Below are positions 1 through 7,989 of a DNA stretch of 32,575 nucleotides, piece by piece. Source of the stretch: Eubacteriales bacterium. GTDB lineage: Bacteria > Bacillota > Clostridia > Oscillospirales > CAG-272. A program made the position numbers and the translations under genes. Positions within the stretch are counted from its first letter, which is position 1. Each line of letters opens with the position of its first letter. The notes beneath the pieces were generated by a model, which was not told the DNA's origin, searched no databases, and saw only the letters and a list, made by a program, of their open reading frames with translations. The stretch spans positions 1-32,575 of the forward strand of contig JAQVWU010000002.1 in assembly GCA_028709565.1 (NCBI GenBank), read 5' to 3'.

Positions 1-149
1 GACCTCTGCAATAAATTCTTTCATTCAAGATCATAAACAAAACAATCGGGAGAGCAACTAGACAACAAAGACCCTTTGACATGATTGCTGTTAGCGATAC
101 CTTTATAAATGCACCTTTCTTCCTCACAATCCACAATGCAACGATATAA

Positions 150-430
150 AATACCAAGCATAGGCATAACATCCTCAAGATAAACGAACCTATAAATGTC
201 ATTCCCCCGTTCTGCATTGGGTTTATTGCCTCGCAGAAATCCGAATACCGGTTCAAAACCGGATGCATCGGCGACAAAGCGCCGGAGGATTGGATTATCG
301 TTGAGAATATGCACAATACCATCATCGACGCGGAGACATATAAGTTGGTGCAGGTCCAAGGTCAAATCGCACAAGCGCCCCGACGCATGGGAAACTGCAG
401 CATTTTATACAATTTGAGTTTTTCAAGCCG
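150..430 (+). pseudogene. Internal fragment of a large serine recombinase. It has no start codon, and the catalytic N-terminus and zinc-ribbon C-terminus are absent.
   Basis: Frame 3 is open from the stop at 147-149. My translation reads ..HNILKINEP..SQKSEYRFKTG..APEDWIIVENMHNTIIDAETYKLVQ... This matches the conserved ILxNxxY...QKS...(E/D)WIxVxxxHxxIIDxExFxxVQ block of large serine recombinases. All three frames in 1-149 carry stops. Similarity ends where the IS left end begins (about 413). Confidence 0.5.
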
Positions 431-465
431 CAAGGCCGAAAAAGCTGCAAAAAGTTCAGCCGAAC
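406..465 (+). repeat. Copy A of a ~60 bp direct repeat (IS left end plus subterminal sequence)
   Basis: tatacaatttgagtttttcaagccgcaaggccgaaaaagctgcaaaaagttcagccgaac aligns with 2588-2648 at about 49/61 positions by hand. A perfect 13-mer core ggccgaaaaagct is shared. Confidence 0.7.
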
Positions 466-600
466 ATGGAATCGATGGTCTTTTCAATGCTTGTTTTAAT
501 TGACTGCCGTGGAGGCGGCGCCGCTGTTACCTCGGATGGGTTTTGCGGCAAACCGGATCTATTATGGTAAAACTTATTTTTAAAATACGATGAATAAGTA

Positions 601-628
601 TTGACAATATATTTAACGGTGGTAAAAT
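601..628 (+). promoter_or_regulatory. Sigma-70/SigA-type promoter for the transposase gene
   Basis: TTGACA (601-606), 16 nt spacer, then TGgTAAAAT (extended -10, TAAAAT at 623-628). It lies about 30 nt upstream of the RBS caggag (647-652). Confidence 0.55.
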
Positions 629-652
629 ATAGGTATCAGAATTTGTCAGGAG

Positions 653-2311
653 TTGATACCCGTGTTTGTCAAAACCACCAAAGCAAAAGGGTACACCTAT
701 ATCAGTGTCGTTGAATCATTTCGCGATGAAAAAGGAATAACACGCCATAAAGTCCTGCATAATTTCGGCCGGCTTGATGTGCTCCGGGCTGATGAAGGTT
801 TTATAAACTGTGTAAAGAAAATATTCCATATGGTCGATATTCCTCTGTCGGAAGACCGGGATAAAGTTTTGACATCCTCCGACTGCAGTGAAGCCGAATT
901 GTATAATTACGGATACCTGGTATATAAAAAACTTTGGGAGATACTCGGCATACGGGAATGCCTGGAAACCATAGGCGGACGCCTGAAACCGGATCTTGAG
1001 CAAACCATCCTGCTCATGGCTGTACAGCATCTGCTGAGTCCCGGGAGCAAACTGTCCGCATATTACGGATTGCCCGGAATACCTTTGCATCATTTTTTCC
1101 GGGCGCTGGATAAACTGGCCGACAACAAAGAAAAGATAGAGCGGGAACTGTTCGAAATAAACCATCTGAAACTGGGACAGATAGTGGACATTGTGTTTTA
1201 TGAGGTAACCACATTATCGTTTCGGGGTGCAAAGGCTGATGAATCAAGAAACTTCGGATACGGTAATGATTGTAAACCCGGCGAAATACAGGTGGTAATG
1301 GGTTTGCTGCTCGATACCGAAGGCATTCCGATCGGATATGAATTGTTGCCCGGCAATACAACCGACGGCAATACGATGGCTGACTCCCTTGAAAATCTCA
1401 AGAAAAGGTTTAATATACGCAAAGTGATTATCGTAACGGACCGCGGTCTGAACGGCGAGTGTAACTTAAATTTGATAAAGAGCGCAGGATATGGGTATAT
1501 CGCGGCATGCCGGCTCAGAAGCATGAGCAAAGAGATACGGAATAAAGTGCTGGATCCATCCGGTTATGTAACGGTAAACGATGATTTTACATACAAAACC
1601 ATACCGTATACCAACATATGCAAAGACGGCGTAAACAACCTTTATCAGCTTGACGAATCGCTTATTGTCGCTCGGTCTTCCAAAAGAGCCGGCAAGGATG
1701 CAAAAGACCGGCAGCGGCTGACAGAAAAAGCCGCAAATCTGCTTAAAACACCGACTTCGACTGACGCCCAGACAAAACGGGACGGTAATCAGCCGAAATG
1801 GGTGCCGGACCACGAAAAGATTGCCGACGACTCTTTGCTTGACGGATATTACGGTATCCGGACCGGCGAGACGGAAATGCCTGCGGGTGAGGTCATGGAC
1901 GCTTATCATATGCTATGGAAAATAGAGGAACGCTTTCGCATCACGAAAAGCACCATGAAGGTCAGCCCTGTTTTACATTGGACGCCAAAGAGAATACGAG
2001 GTCACTTTTTAATGTGTTTTCTTGCGTTTATGATGGAAAGAAAACTCGAGAACATATTGGCGGAACCTGCGGGGGACGCTGAAACGGCGTCACCCGAAAA
2101 GATTCGTGAAGCGCTCAACTCCATGCAGCTGGCCAAGGTTACACTTAACGGCGATACGGTATATTTTAAGACAAAGAACCTGCCGCCGGGCACGAGGATA
2201 TTCAGAAAGGCAGGTATTAAAATGCCGATGAATGTCTCCAAAGAAGAACAGTTAAATGAACGCTTTCATATCCCTCAGGATACCGTCGACAGGCAGATAT
2301 CTTTTCTTTGA
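653..2311 (+). CDS. IS1634-family (IS4-like DDE) transposase
   Basis: 552 aa ORF. The N-terminus VKTTKAKGYTYISVVESFRDEKGITRHKVLHNFGRL is typical of the family. Other family motifs are FGYGND..IQVVMGLLLDTEGIPIGYELLPGNTTDGNT, VIIVTDRGL (second D) and YHMLWKIEERFRITKS (Y-R-E-K block). The ORF-track start is TTG 653, which abuts the RBS. GTG at 662 (9 nt after caggag) is the more likely start. Confidence 0.85.
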   Translation: MIPVFVKTTKAKGYTYISVVESFRDEKGITRHKVLHNFGRLDVLRADEGFINCVKKIFHMVDIPLSEDRDKVLTSSDCSEAELYNYGYLVYKKLWEILGIRECLETIGGRLKPDLEQTILLMAVQHLLSPGSKLSAYYGLPGIPLHHFFRALDKLADNKEKIERELFEINHLKLGQIVDIVFYEVTTLSFRGAKADESRNFGYGNDCKPGEIQVVMGLLLDTEGIPIGYELLPGNTTDGNTMADSLENLKKRFNIRKVIIVTDRGLNGECNLNLIKSAGYGYIAACRLRSMSKEIRNKVLDPSGYVTVNDDFTYKTIPYTNICKDGVNNLYQLDESLIVARSSKRAGKDAKDRQRLTEKAANLLKTPTSTDAQTKRDGNQPKWVPDHEKIADDSLLDGYYGIRTGETEMPAGEVMDAYHMLWKIEERFRITKSTMKVSPVLHWTPKRIRGHFLMCFLAFMMERKLENILAEPAGDAETASPEKIREALNSMQLAKVTLNGDTVYFKTKNLPPGTRIFRKAGIKMPMNVSKEEQLNERFHIPQDTVDRQISFL

Positions 2312-2460
2312 AGCAGCATCTGTGGTGACAATTTTGCCTTTTCCGGCAATAAAAAGCCGTCAAGCCCGGGACAAACCGTTGTGACGGGCATAATCTGTAG
2401 CTTTTGTAACTTAAAAATAATTAAAAGCTACACGTTTTGCTACACCCGAAAAGCAGTTGA

Positions 2461-2590
2461 TTTAAATATAAATCTGTATGATTATATATAAATGTAACTT
2501 TGTAACATAAATATTATATATATATATATATAACGTAACGGTTTTGATATAAAAATATATTTATATATATGTGTCTATATATACACCTGT
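2461..2590. repeat. AT-rich low-complexity tract containing (TA)9
   Basis: The sequence is almost pure A/T for about 130 bp, with an uninterrupted (TA)9 at 2515-2532 and many tatata/aaatat motifs. It contrasts sharply with the GC-rich coding DNA to the right. Confidence 0.8.
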
Positions 2591-2648
2591 ATAATTTGAG
2601 TTACTTAAGCTACAAAGGCCGAAAAAGCTACAAACGGTTCAGCCTAAC
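2588..2648 (+). repeat. Copy B of the ~60 bp direct repeat (solo IS left-end-like sequence)
   Basis: tgtataatttgagttacttaagctacaaaggccgaaaaagctacaaacggttcagcctaac has the same orientation as copy A. No transposase follows it. It runs straight into the terminator of the A2M-like gene. Confidence 0.7.
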
Positions 2649-2677
2649 GGCTCATCTCCGCCGGGTTCACAGCGCGC

Positions 2678-2711
2678 AAAACACCGCCCCATATGAGCAG
2701 GGCGGTGTTTT
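2678..2711. terminator. Bidirectional-looking intrinsic terminator (ends the A2M-like gene)
   Basis: Perfect 12 bp stem aaaacaccgccc (2678-2689) / gggcggtgtttt (2700-2711) with a 10 nt loop. There are A-runs on one side and T-runs on the other. It lies 25 nt beyond the stop at 2736. Confidence 0.8.
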
Positions 2712-2735
2712 TATGCAGTGTTTTTTCGGGTTGTA

Positions 2736-5700
2736 TCACTCTATCTTCCAGCCGCTGTTGTCGATGACAACGGTTGCTCTGTCGCTCACGGCGTAGGCGC
2801 CGGTTGAGGTGTCGCGCAGGACGGCGCCCTCCACGACGAAACTGCCTTCGGAAGCGGCGCGGATGAGGTAACTGACCGAGCCCCGGACGGTGCGGCGGCT
2901 GAGCCCTGTTATCGCCTTTTCGGTGTAGTTGAACAGGCCCATGTAGCCGTCCATCGCCTGGCTGCCGCTGTTGGATATAAAAGCGAAGGTATGGAAGTCT
3001 CTTAGATCGATTGACTCCCCGCCCGACGGAGCGAAATAGCGGGCGCCTGAGGGGACGCGGTCGGATATGGTATAAAAGGCGTAGTTACGGTCGGTCACGG
3101 CGCTGTATGTAAGGGTTACTTTATATAAACCCCGCGCGGTGTCGAAGGGTTCGATACTCTTTTCAATCTGTATTTCATCCGACAGCTCTCCGCTGTCACA
3201 GGCTTCCTCCGCCGAACCGCGGTATGAAGCGTAGACTATAACCGAATCGTCGGCCGATATCAGATCAAAGGCGGCAAAGTCACGGCGGTCAAGGGCAAGA
3301 CTGTGATATTCACCGGGTTTGAGGGTAATCTCTTCGGCGGTATCGCCGACGCTGTAGGCAAAAGACGCTTCTTCTGCTTCGGCGGGGACAAAACGGCGGA
3401 CATATGAAGCCAGCTCCAGGTCATAGATATTCACCGTTGAGGTGTGGGTCGAGAGATAGCCGGCCATGAGTTGGGCGCCGTCGGTATCCACGACCGAGGC
3501 GGTCAGCAGCGCGAGGGCGGTCAGCCGGATACTCTCCTCGGTATTGGCGGCTCTGACATACATCGTATCTCCGCCGGAATCGATATCCGCATCTTTTATA
3601 TACTGATAATATTCGGCGGCAGCATCCCAGTCGCCGATATAGGCCAGCGCCGCGGCAAGATACAGCCTGGCTTCAATGCCGAAGGTGCCGCTGTTTTCGG
3701 CGGCGTAATACAGGTCGCCCAGTACCGGACGCCCCAGCGCCGCCAGCCCGAGATACGCGGCGCACATTTCGGCGTCATCGGCATATAGGCGCTTCTCTAT
3801 GTAATCCTCAAACAGCCCTGCCAGTTCGGCTTTTTTGGAGGACGCGAGTGCCTCGGGTACAATGGCGCAGATCTTTGCGGTCAGCGCGACATCCCCTTCC
3901 GAATAAGCAAGCAGGGGTATGAAGCCGGAATAGCCGGACAGGATTGCCTTTATCCCGTTGAGTTGGCTGTCGATATAGCTGCGCGAACCCGTCATCGTTT
4001 CGGAAACAAGGGCGGCGGCATAATAGGCTGCCATGGCGTCCGAACGGGACGAGCCCCTCATGAGCGAACGGCAGAGTGAGAAAAAGCTGTCATACGCAGC
4101 GTCGGTAAAGGTCAGGAAGACCGGATACATCAGCGCATTGAGATTCCCGATATCGGACGTGGCTATCTCGCGGCGTATATCCACCATAATACCGCCTGAT
4201 ATAATCTCAAAAGGCAGTTTTACACCGTCGGACAGCAGACCGCTTGTCGCCTCCACCGTTATGTTATAGCTGCCGCCGGTATATTCGCCGAAGTTGAAGC
4301 GGGCAAACTCACCGGCTTTGGCGGTCAGGGTCAGCACGGCCGTCTGTGCGTCGCTGTCATCGGTCAGGCGGACGATATAGGAGACCTCCGCCCCGTTCTC
4401 CAGCTCCGAACCGTAGACCCGCGCGTGACCGGCTATATCGTCGCCCTCTATATAGGTATCCCCGAGGGTAACATCGACAAAGAAGGGCAGCGTGCAGATA
4501 ACGCCGGTTTTGGACGTACCCATATACATGCCGCTGATTTTGGACCGGTCGGGATGATAGGCGGCGACGGCGGTAAAGCGCCATTCGGTGACGTTATCGG
4601 GAACGGTCAGCTCGATTTCGGCTTTGCCGTTTTCGCTTACCGCGTATGTTTCAAAGAGCGGATTGTCCAGGAAGACCTCACGTACCGTTATCTCGTCAAC
4701 GGCGGCTCCGCCCATACCGCCCATAACGGCCGCGGAATCGTCCCTCGCCGTCTGCGGCGCCGCCATCGCCTCTTCAGCCATCCCGCCGTCCTTTGAGTTA
4801 TATTCCAGGAACCCCCCGGCGCGGTCCAAACAGAAGAAGCGATCGTCTCGGGCAATATAGGGTATAACGACTCCGCCGCCCTCGTAATAAGTGCGCAGCG
4901 GGTCACGGGTCTGTTCACCCAGGGCGAAACAGGCTTCGTCCACCATGCTCAGGGTAATCTGCCCGCCGGTGACCGGATTGTCGTCGGCGTCGGTGACATG
5001 GACGGTCACCTTTGCCCTCTCTCCCGGTCTGTATTCGGTCTTATCGGGGGTGATTACCGTTGTCAGCGTATTGTTTTCGGCGTAATTGTATCTGACCGGC
5101 AGATAACCCGCCGCGTGGGTGCGCCTGCCGTCAAAATGGGAGGCGAGAACCGCAAGACCCGCGGCGTCCTTATCCTCGAAAATAAAGGAAAATGCGCCCT
5201 CGCCGGATGCTTCCCGCAGATCCAAACCGTCCGAATAGACGGTAAACAAAACGCGCCCGCTCTCAACGGGTTTTCCGCCAAAGTGCAGTATGGTGTTCAC
5301 CGTATCACCGACGGCGTATGCATCGGCGTCACTTTTCAGTTCGTAGTAATCATCGTACCGGTAGTAATACTCCTCTCCGGCGTCGGCATATACGTGGAGC
5401 ACACAGTTTTGACGGTTGTTTTCGTCGTAGTATGTCACCTCATACATATGATATCCGCTGAAATCCTCCGTGCGCTTAACATGATCCAGCCGGATGACCC
5501 CGTCTTCAAAGGACGCGGTAAACTTTTTAATATCCCGCTCCTCGGTCCGGTTGTTGTAGACCTTGTGCGAGGTTTTGGTCACCGGGTCGTAATCGGTCCT
5601 GACATACTCCCTGATATATGCGTATTCGATGAGCCGCACCTTAACGCTGCCGGGGGCGGCCTTCCCGACGGTGTTTTCGGGATACAGCGGATATTCCAGA

Positions 5701-7904
5701 TCTTCTGACGCCCGGAGCGCCGAGGTGTCAAAATAATTGAGATACAGTTCGGTATAACCGTCCCCCTCATCCGGCGTTATCCGCTTCTCCCGCAGCCACG
5801 CCGCGCTCTGAAGATACGGCACATAGGCCGAGACATACAGTTCACCGTCTTCATTGCCGATGAGCGACGCCCGGGCCGACAGCTGAAGCGGATAGGTGGT
5901 ATTGAATTTATACGGCGCGGTTTTATATTCATACACGGCGCTGCCGTCCGGACCCGTTTTAACGGTGGTTCCGTCCTGCAGGAAGTAGTTGCCGTACAGG
6001 GTAAACTCCAGACCGGGGGCGGGGGTGCCGTCATAAAAGGATGTGTCCAAAGTGAGCTTTACGGTATCTCCGAAAGAATAGAACAGTTTATCAAAGGTCA
6101 GCGTCGCGCGGTAGAGCGGTTTTGACTGCTGTGTTATGCTGACATACTTTGAGGTCACCGTGTTTCCGTCACCGTCGGTAAAATTCATATGGATGCCCCA
6201 CGCGGCACTGTCCTCGACGGCATAACTGCCGGAAAAGCTGCCGTCGGGCAGAACGGCAATCTTTTGGGCGGTCGGTGAATTGCCCAGTTTAAGATACAGG
6301 CTGCCGGGCAATACGCCGCCGTATGACGGGGCGACAATACCCCAGTAGTTCACCATATCGTTTGAAAAATAGGTTTCGCGGTCGGTAAACACATGGGAAA
6401 ACCAGCCGCCGCTATTGTAGTAAGTAAATGAGGAGACGCACAGAAAGAGGCTGTGACCGTCCTTTTCAACGATCATAAAGGTGCCGGACCTGCCGCCGCT
6501 GTCAAGCATGACAATGCCGTCCCCGTCGCTTTCCCCGATTTGGGAAATATAATCCGGTTTCTCGCCCCACGGGATTATATTCCAGTAATTATCGGCGCCG
6601 AAAAACTCAGCCGTAACGGAGGCGCCCGGGACAGCGGCATCGGCGGAGGCGTCGTTCACCCATACCAGCAATTGCTCATCCGACGATTCGGTATAGACGA
6701 TGAGGTCGGATACCTGCATTATCGCCTGGCGGAAGTATTCGCTTTCCCCGCCTTCTGCATGGAATGTGATATTGAGCAGATACGCGCCCTCGCCCACGTC
6801 CGGGAGGATGAGATATCCCTGATTCTGTCTGTCCGCGGACGTTTCGTTTTTTATCTCATAGCTCCCGACCTCCTCCAGCCCGTCGGACGGGAATATGTAG
6901 CCGCCGGTGTATAGATAATCGGTCCTGACGCTCTCATAGCCTTTCATCGCCGCCATAATATCGTCTGCCGAACGGTAGCGCCATATGTCAACCTTTGTAT
7001 CCGACAGCGGCGGGGTATTTTCTCCCCTGTAACCATAACTGTAGTAGTAATATCTGATTACCGGTGTTTCGTCGGTGGTAAACTGCGGCTCGTATGTTTC
7101 AAGGGAAATCATCAGGTCGCCGTTTTCATCCGCCGTTTCCGATGAGGTTCTGAAAACGGCGGTAAAATCTTCGGCAAGGGTTTTGCCGGAGGACGACGGA
7201 AGACCGGCGCTGACATGTATGGTATATATGGTATTGACGGCGAGAGGTTCTTTGGGGACAAATACAACCGTCCTCCCGTCGGGATAGGTCATGTATTCGC
7301 CCCCGGTCTCCGGGGTGATGTAAAAATACTCTTTTATGTCAATATCCCGGCGCAGCGGTTCGGAAAAATGCACCTCTATGCCGCTGTTAACCGGTACCAT
7401 AAGGGCGCGGTCGGCGGGCAATACGCTTTTTATGACCAGCGCGCTGTCGGTCTGAAACACAAAGCTGTGCTGCGGACGGCTCGCGTCCCCCACGGTGAAG
7501 CGGTATACCGCATCCTCGTCCAGCGGTTCGGAGGGGGTGAGGGTATAGGTCGTGTCGTCTCCGCGGGATATGTCAAAGGCGAAAACCGGCGAGACGTTCA
7601 GATATCCCTTCAATTCATCGGCGCCGATTGACGCGGCGGTCCGGACGGTAAAAGCTCCGGATACCCGGTCTGCGGTAATCTCCACCGTTTTGAGCGCGTC
7701 GGGCAGACCCGGGTCGTAATATTGGGCGACGCGCTTTTTCCCCGTAAAGGTAAAATCGCTCCCGGGTACTTCGGATACCGGCGTATCCGCGGCTGATTCG
7801 CGGGGCTTAACGGTCAGCGAACATCCCGCAAACACCGGCAGAAGAAGGGCGGCACACAGCGCCGCAATAACCGGTCTGTATAATCGTTTTATAATTGTCT
7901 TCAT
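2736..7904 (-). CDS. Alpha-2-macroglobulin family lipoprotein (thioester-less)
   Basis: Signal peptide plus lipobox MKTIIKRLYRPVIAALCAALLLPVFAGCS. A2M-type blocks are LSMVDEACFALGEQTRDPL and VREVFLDNPLFETY..TVPDNVTEWRFTAVAAY, followed by an Ala/Leu-rich helical (TED-like) region. I chose ATG 7902-7904 as the start rather than the GTG at 7946 in the ORF track. The ATG is preceded by aaaggcagag and followed directly by the signal peptide. Confidence 0.8.
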   Translation of the reverse strand: MKTIIKRLYRPVIAALCAALLLPVFAGCSLTVKPRESAADTPVSEVPGSDFTFTGKKRVAQYYDPGLPDALKTVEITADRVSGAFTVRTAASIGADELKGYLNVSPVFAFDISRGDDTTYTLTPSEPLDEDAVYRFTVGDASRPQHSFVFQTDSALVIKSVLPADRALMVPVNSGIEVHFSEPLRRDIDIKEYFYITPETGGEYMTYPDGRTVVFVPKEPLAVNTIYTIHVSAGLPSSSGKTLAEDFTAVFRTSSETADENGDLMISLETYEPQFTTDETPVIRYYYYSYGYRGENTPPLSDTKVDIWRYRSADDIMAAMKGYESVRTDYLYTGGYIFPSDGLEEVGSYEIKNETSADRQNQGYLILPDVGEGAYLLNITFHAEGGESEYFRQAIMQVSDLIVYTESSDEQLLVWVNDASADAAVPGASVTAEFFGADNYWNIIPWGEKPDYISQIGESDGDGIVMLDSGGRSGTFMIVEKDGHSLFLCVSSFTYYNSGGWFSHVFTDRETYFSNDMVNYWGIVAPSYGGVLPGSLYLKLGNSPTAQKIAVLPDGSFSGSYAVEDSAAWGIHMNFTDGDGNTVTSKYVSITQQSKPLYRATLTFDKLFYSFGDTVKLTLDTSFYDGTPAPGLEFTLYGNYFLQDGTTVKTGPDGSAVYEYKTAPYKFNTTYPLQLSARASLIGNEDGELYVSAYVPYLQSAAWLREKRITPDEGDGYTELYLNYFDTSALRASEDLEYPLYPENTVGKAAPGSVKVRLIEYAYIREYVRTDYDPVTKTSHKVYNNRTEERDIKKFTASFEDGVIRLDHVKRTEDFSGYHMYEVTYYDENNRQNCVLHVYADAGEEYYYRYDDYYELKSDADAYAVGDTVNTILHFGGKPVESGRVLFTVYSDGLDLREASGEGAFSFIFEDKDAAGLAVLASHFDGRRTHAAGYLPVRYNYAENNTLTTVITPDKTEYRPGERAKVTVHVTDADDNPVTGGQITLSMVDEACFALGEQTRDPLRTYYEGGGVVIPYIARDDRFFCLDRAGGFLEYNSKDGGMAEEAMAAPQTARDDSAAVMGGMGGAAVDEITVREVFLDNPLFETYAVSENGKAEIELTVPDNVTEWRFTAVAAYHPDRSKISGMYMGTSKTGVICTLPFFVDVTLGDTYIEGDDIAGHARVYGSELENGAEVSYIVRLTDDSDAQTAVLTLTAKAGEFARFNFGEYTGGSYNITVEATSGLLSDGVKLPFEIISGGIMVDIRREIATSDIGNLNALMYPVFLTFTDAAYDSFFSLCRSLMRGSSRSDAMAAYYAAALVSETMTGSRSYIDSQLNGIKAILSGYSGFIPLLAYSEGDVALTAKICAIVPEALASSKKAELAGLFEDYIEKRLYADDAEMCAAYLGLAALGRPVLGDLYYAAENSGTFGIEARLYLAAALAYIGDWDAAAEYYQYIKDADIDSGGDTMYVRAANTEESIRLTALALLTASVVDTDGAQLMAGYLSTHTSTVNIYDLELASYVRRFVPAEAEEASFAYSVGDTAEEITLKPGEYHSLALDRRDFAAFDLISADDSVIVYASYRGSAEEACDSGELSDEIQIEKSIEPFDTARGLYKVTLTYSAVTDRNYAFYTISDRVPSGARYFAPSGGESIDLRDFHTFAFISNSGSQAMDGYMGLFNYTEKAITGLSRRTVRGSVSYLIRAASEGSFVVEGAVLRDTSTGAYAVSDRATVVIDNSGWKIE

Positions 7905-7989
7905 AAAAATAAACTCTGCCTTTCTGTGGATTTGTCTGTTAGACACCCCATGCCGCCGAAAAGTTTCAGGTTTCAGTAAATTTTGCCGT

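Larger units (their letters stand above)
413..2415 (+). mobile_element. IS1634-family insertion sequence, about 2.0 kb (boundaries approximate)
   Basis: The reverse complement of 2395-2415 (tttaagttacaaaagctacag) matches 413-433 (tttgagtttttcaagccgcaa) at 13/21. It matches the better-preserved left-end copy at 2595-2615 at 17/21 (hand alignment). These imperfect terminal inverted repeats bracket the transposase gene and its promoter. Confidence 0.5.

Noticed and set aside
21-374. 117 aa minus-strand ORF at the left edge
   Set aside because: It has no recognisable motif or RBS. The opposite strand carries the characteristic serine-recombinase block (EDWIIVENMHNTIIDAETYKLVQ), so this ORF is most likely a shadow of that decayed gene.
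504-600. GC-rich stretch between the recombinase fragment and the transposase promoter as a possible tRNA or small RNA
   Set aside because: There is no cloverleaf-compatible pairing or T-loop (GTTCRA) signature. It lies inside the IS and is most simply IS-internal sequence.
2569-2796. 75 aa plus-strand ORF spanning the AT-rich tract, the solo IS end and the terminator
   Set aside because: It begins in low-complexity TA DNA, reads through a terminator hairpin, and overlaps the 3' end of the A2M-like gene. It has no RBS.
4911-4946. CFALGEQ in the A2M-like protein as a possible thioester
   Set aside because: Cys is four residues from EQ, unlike CxEQ. The motif also lies in the VDE..L block upstream of the TEWRF (A2M) domain, not in the thioester-domain position.
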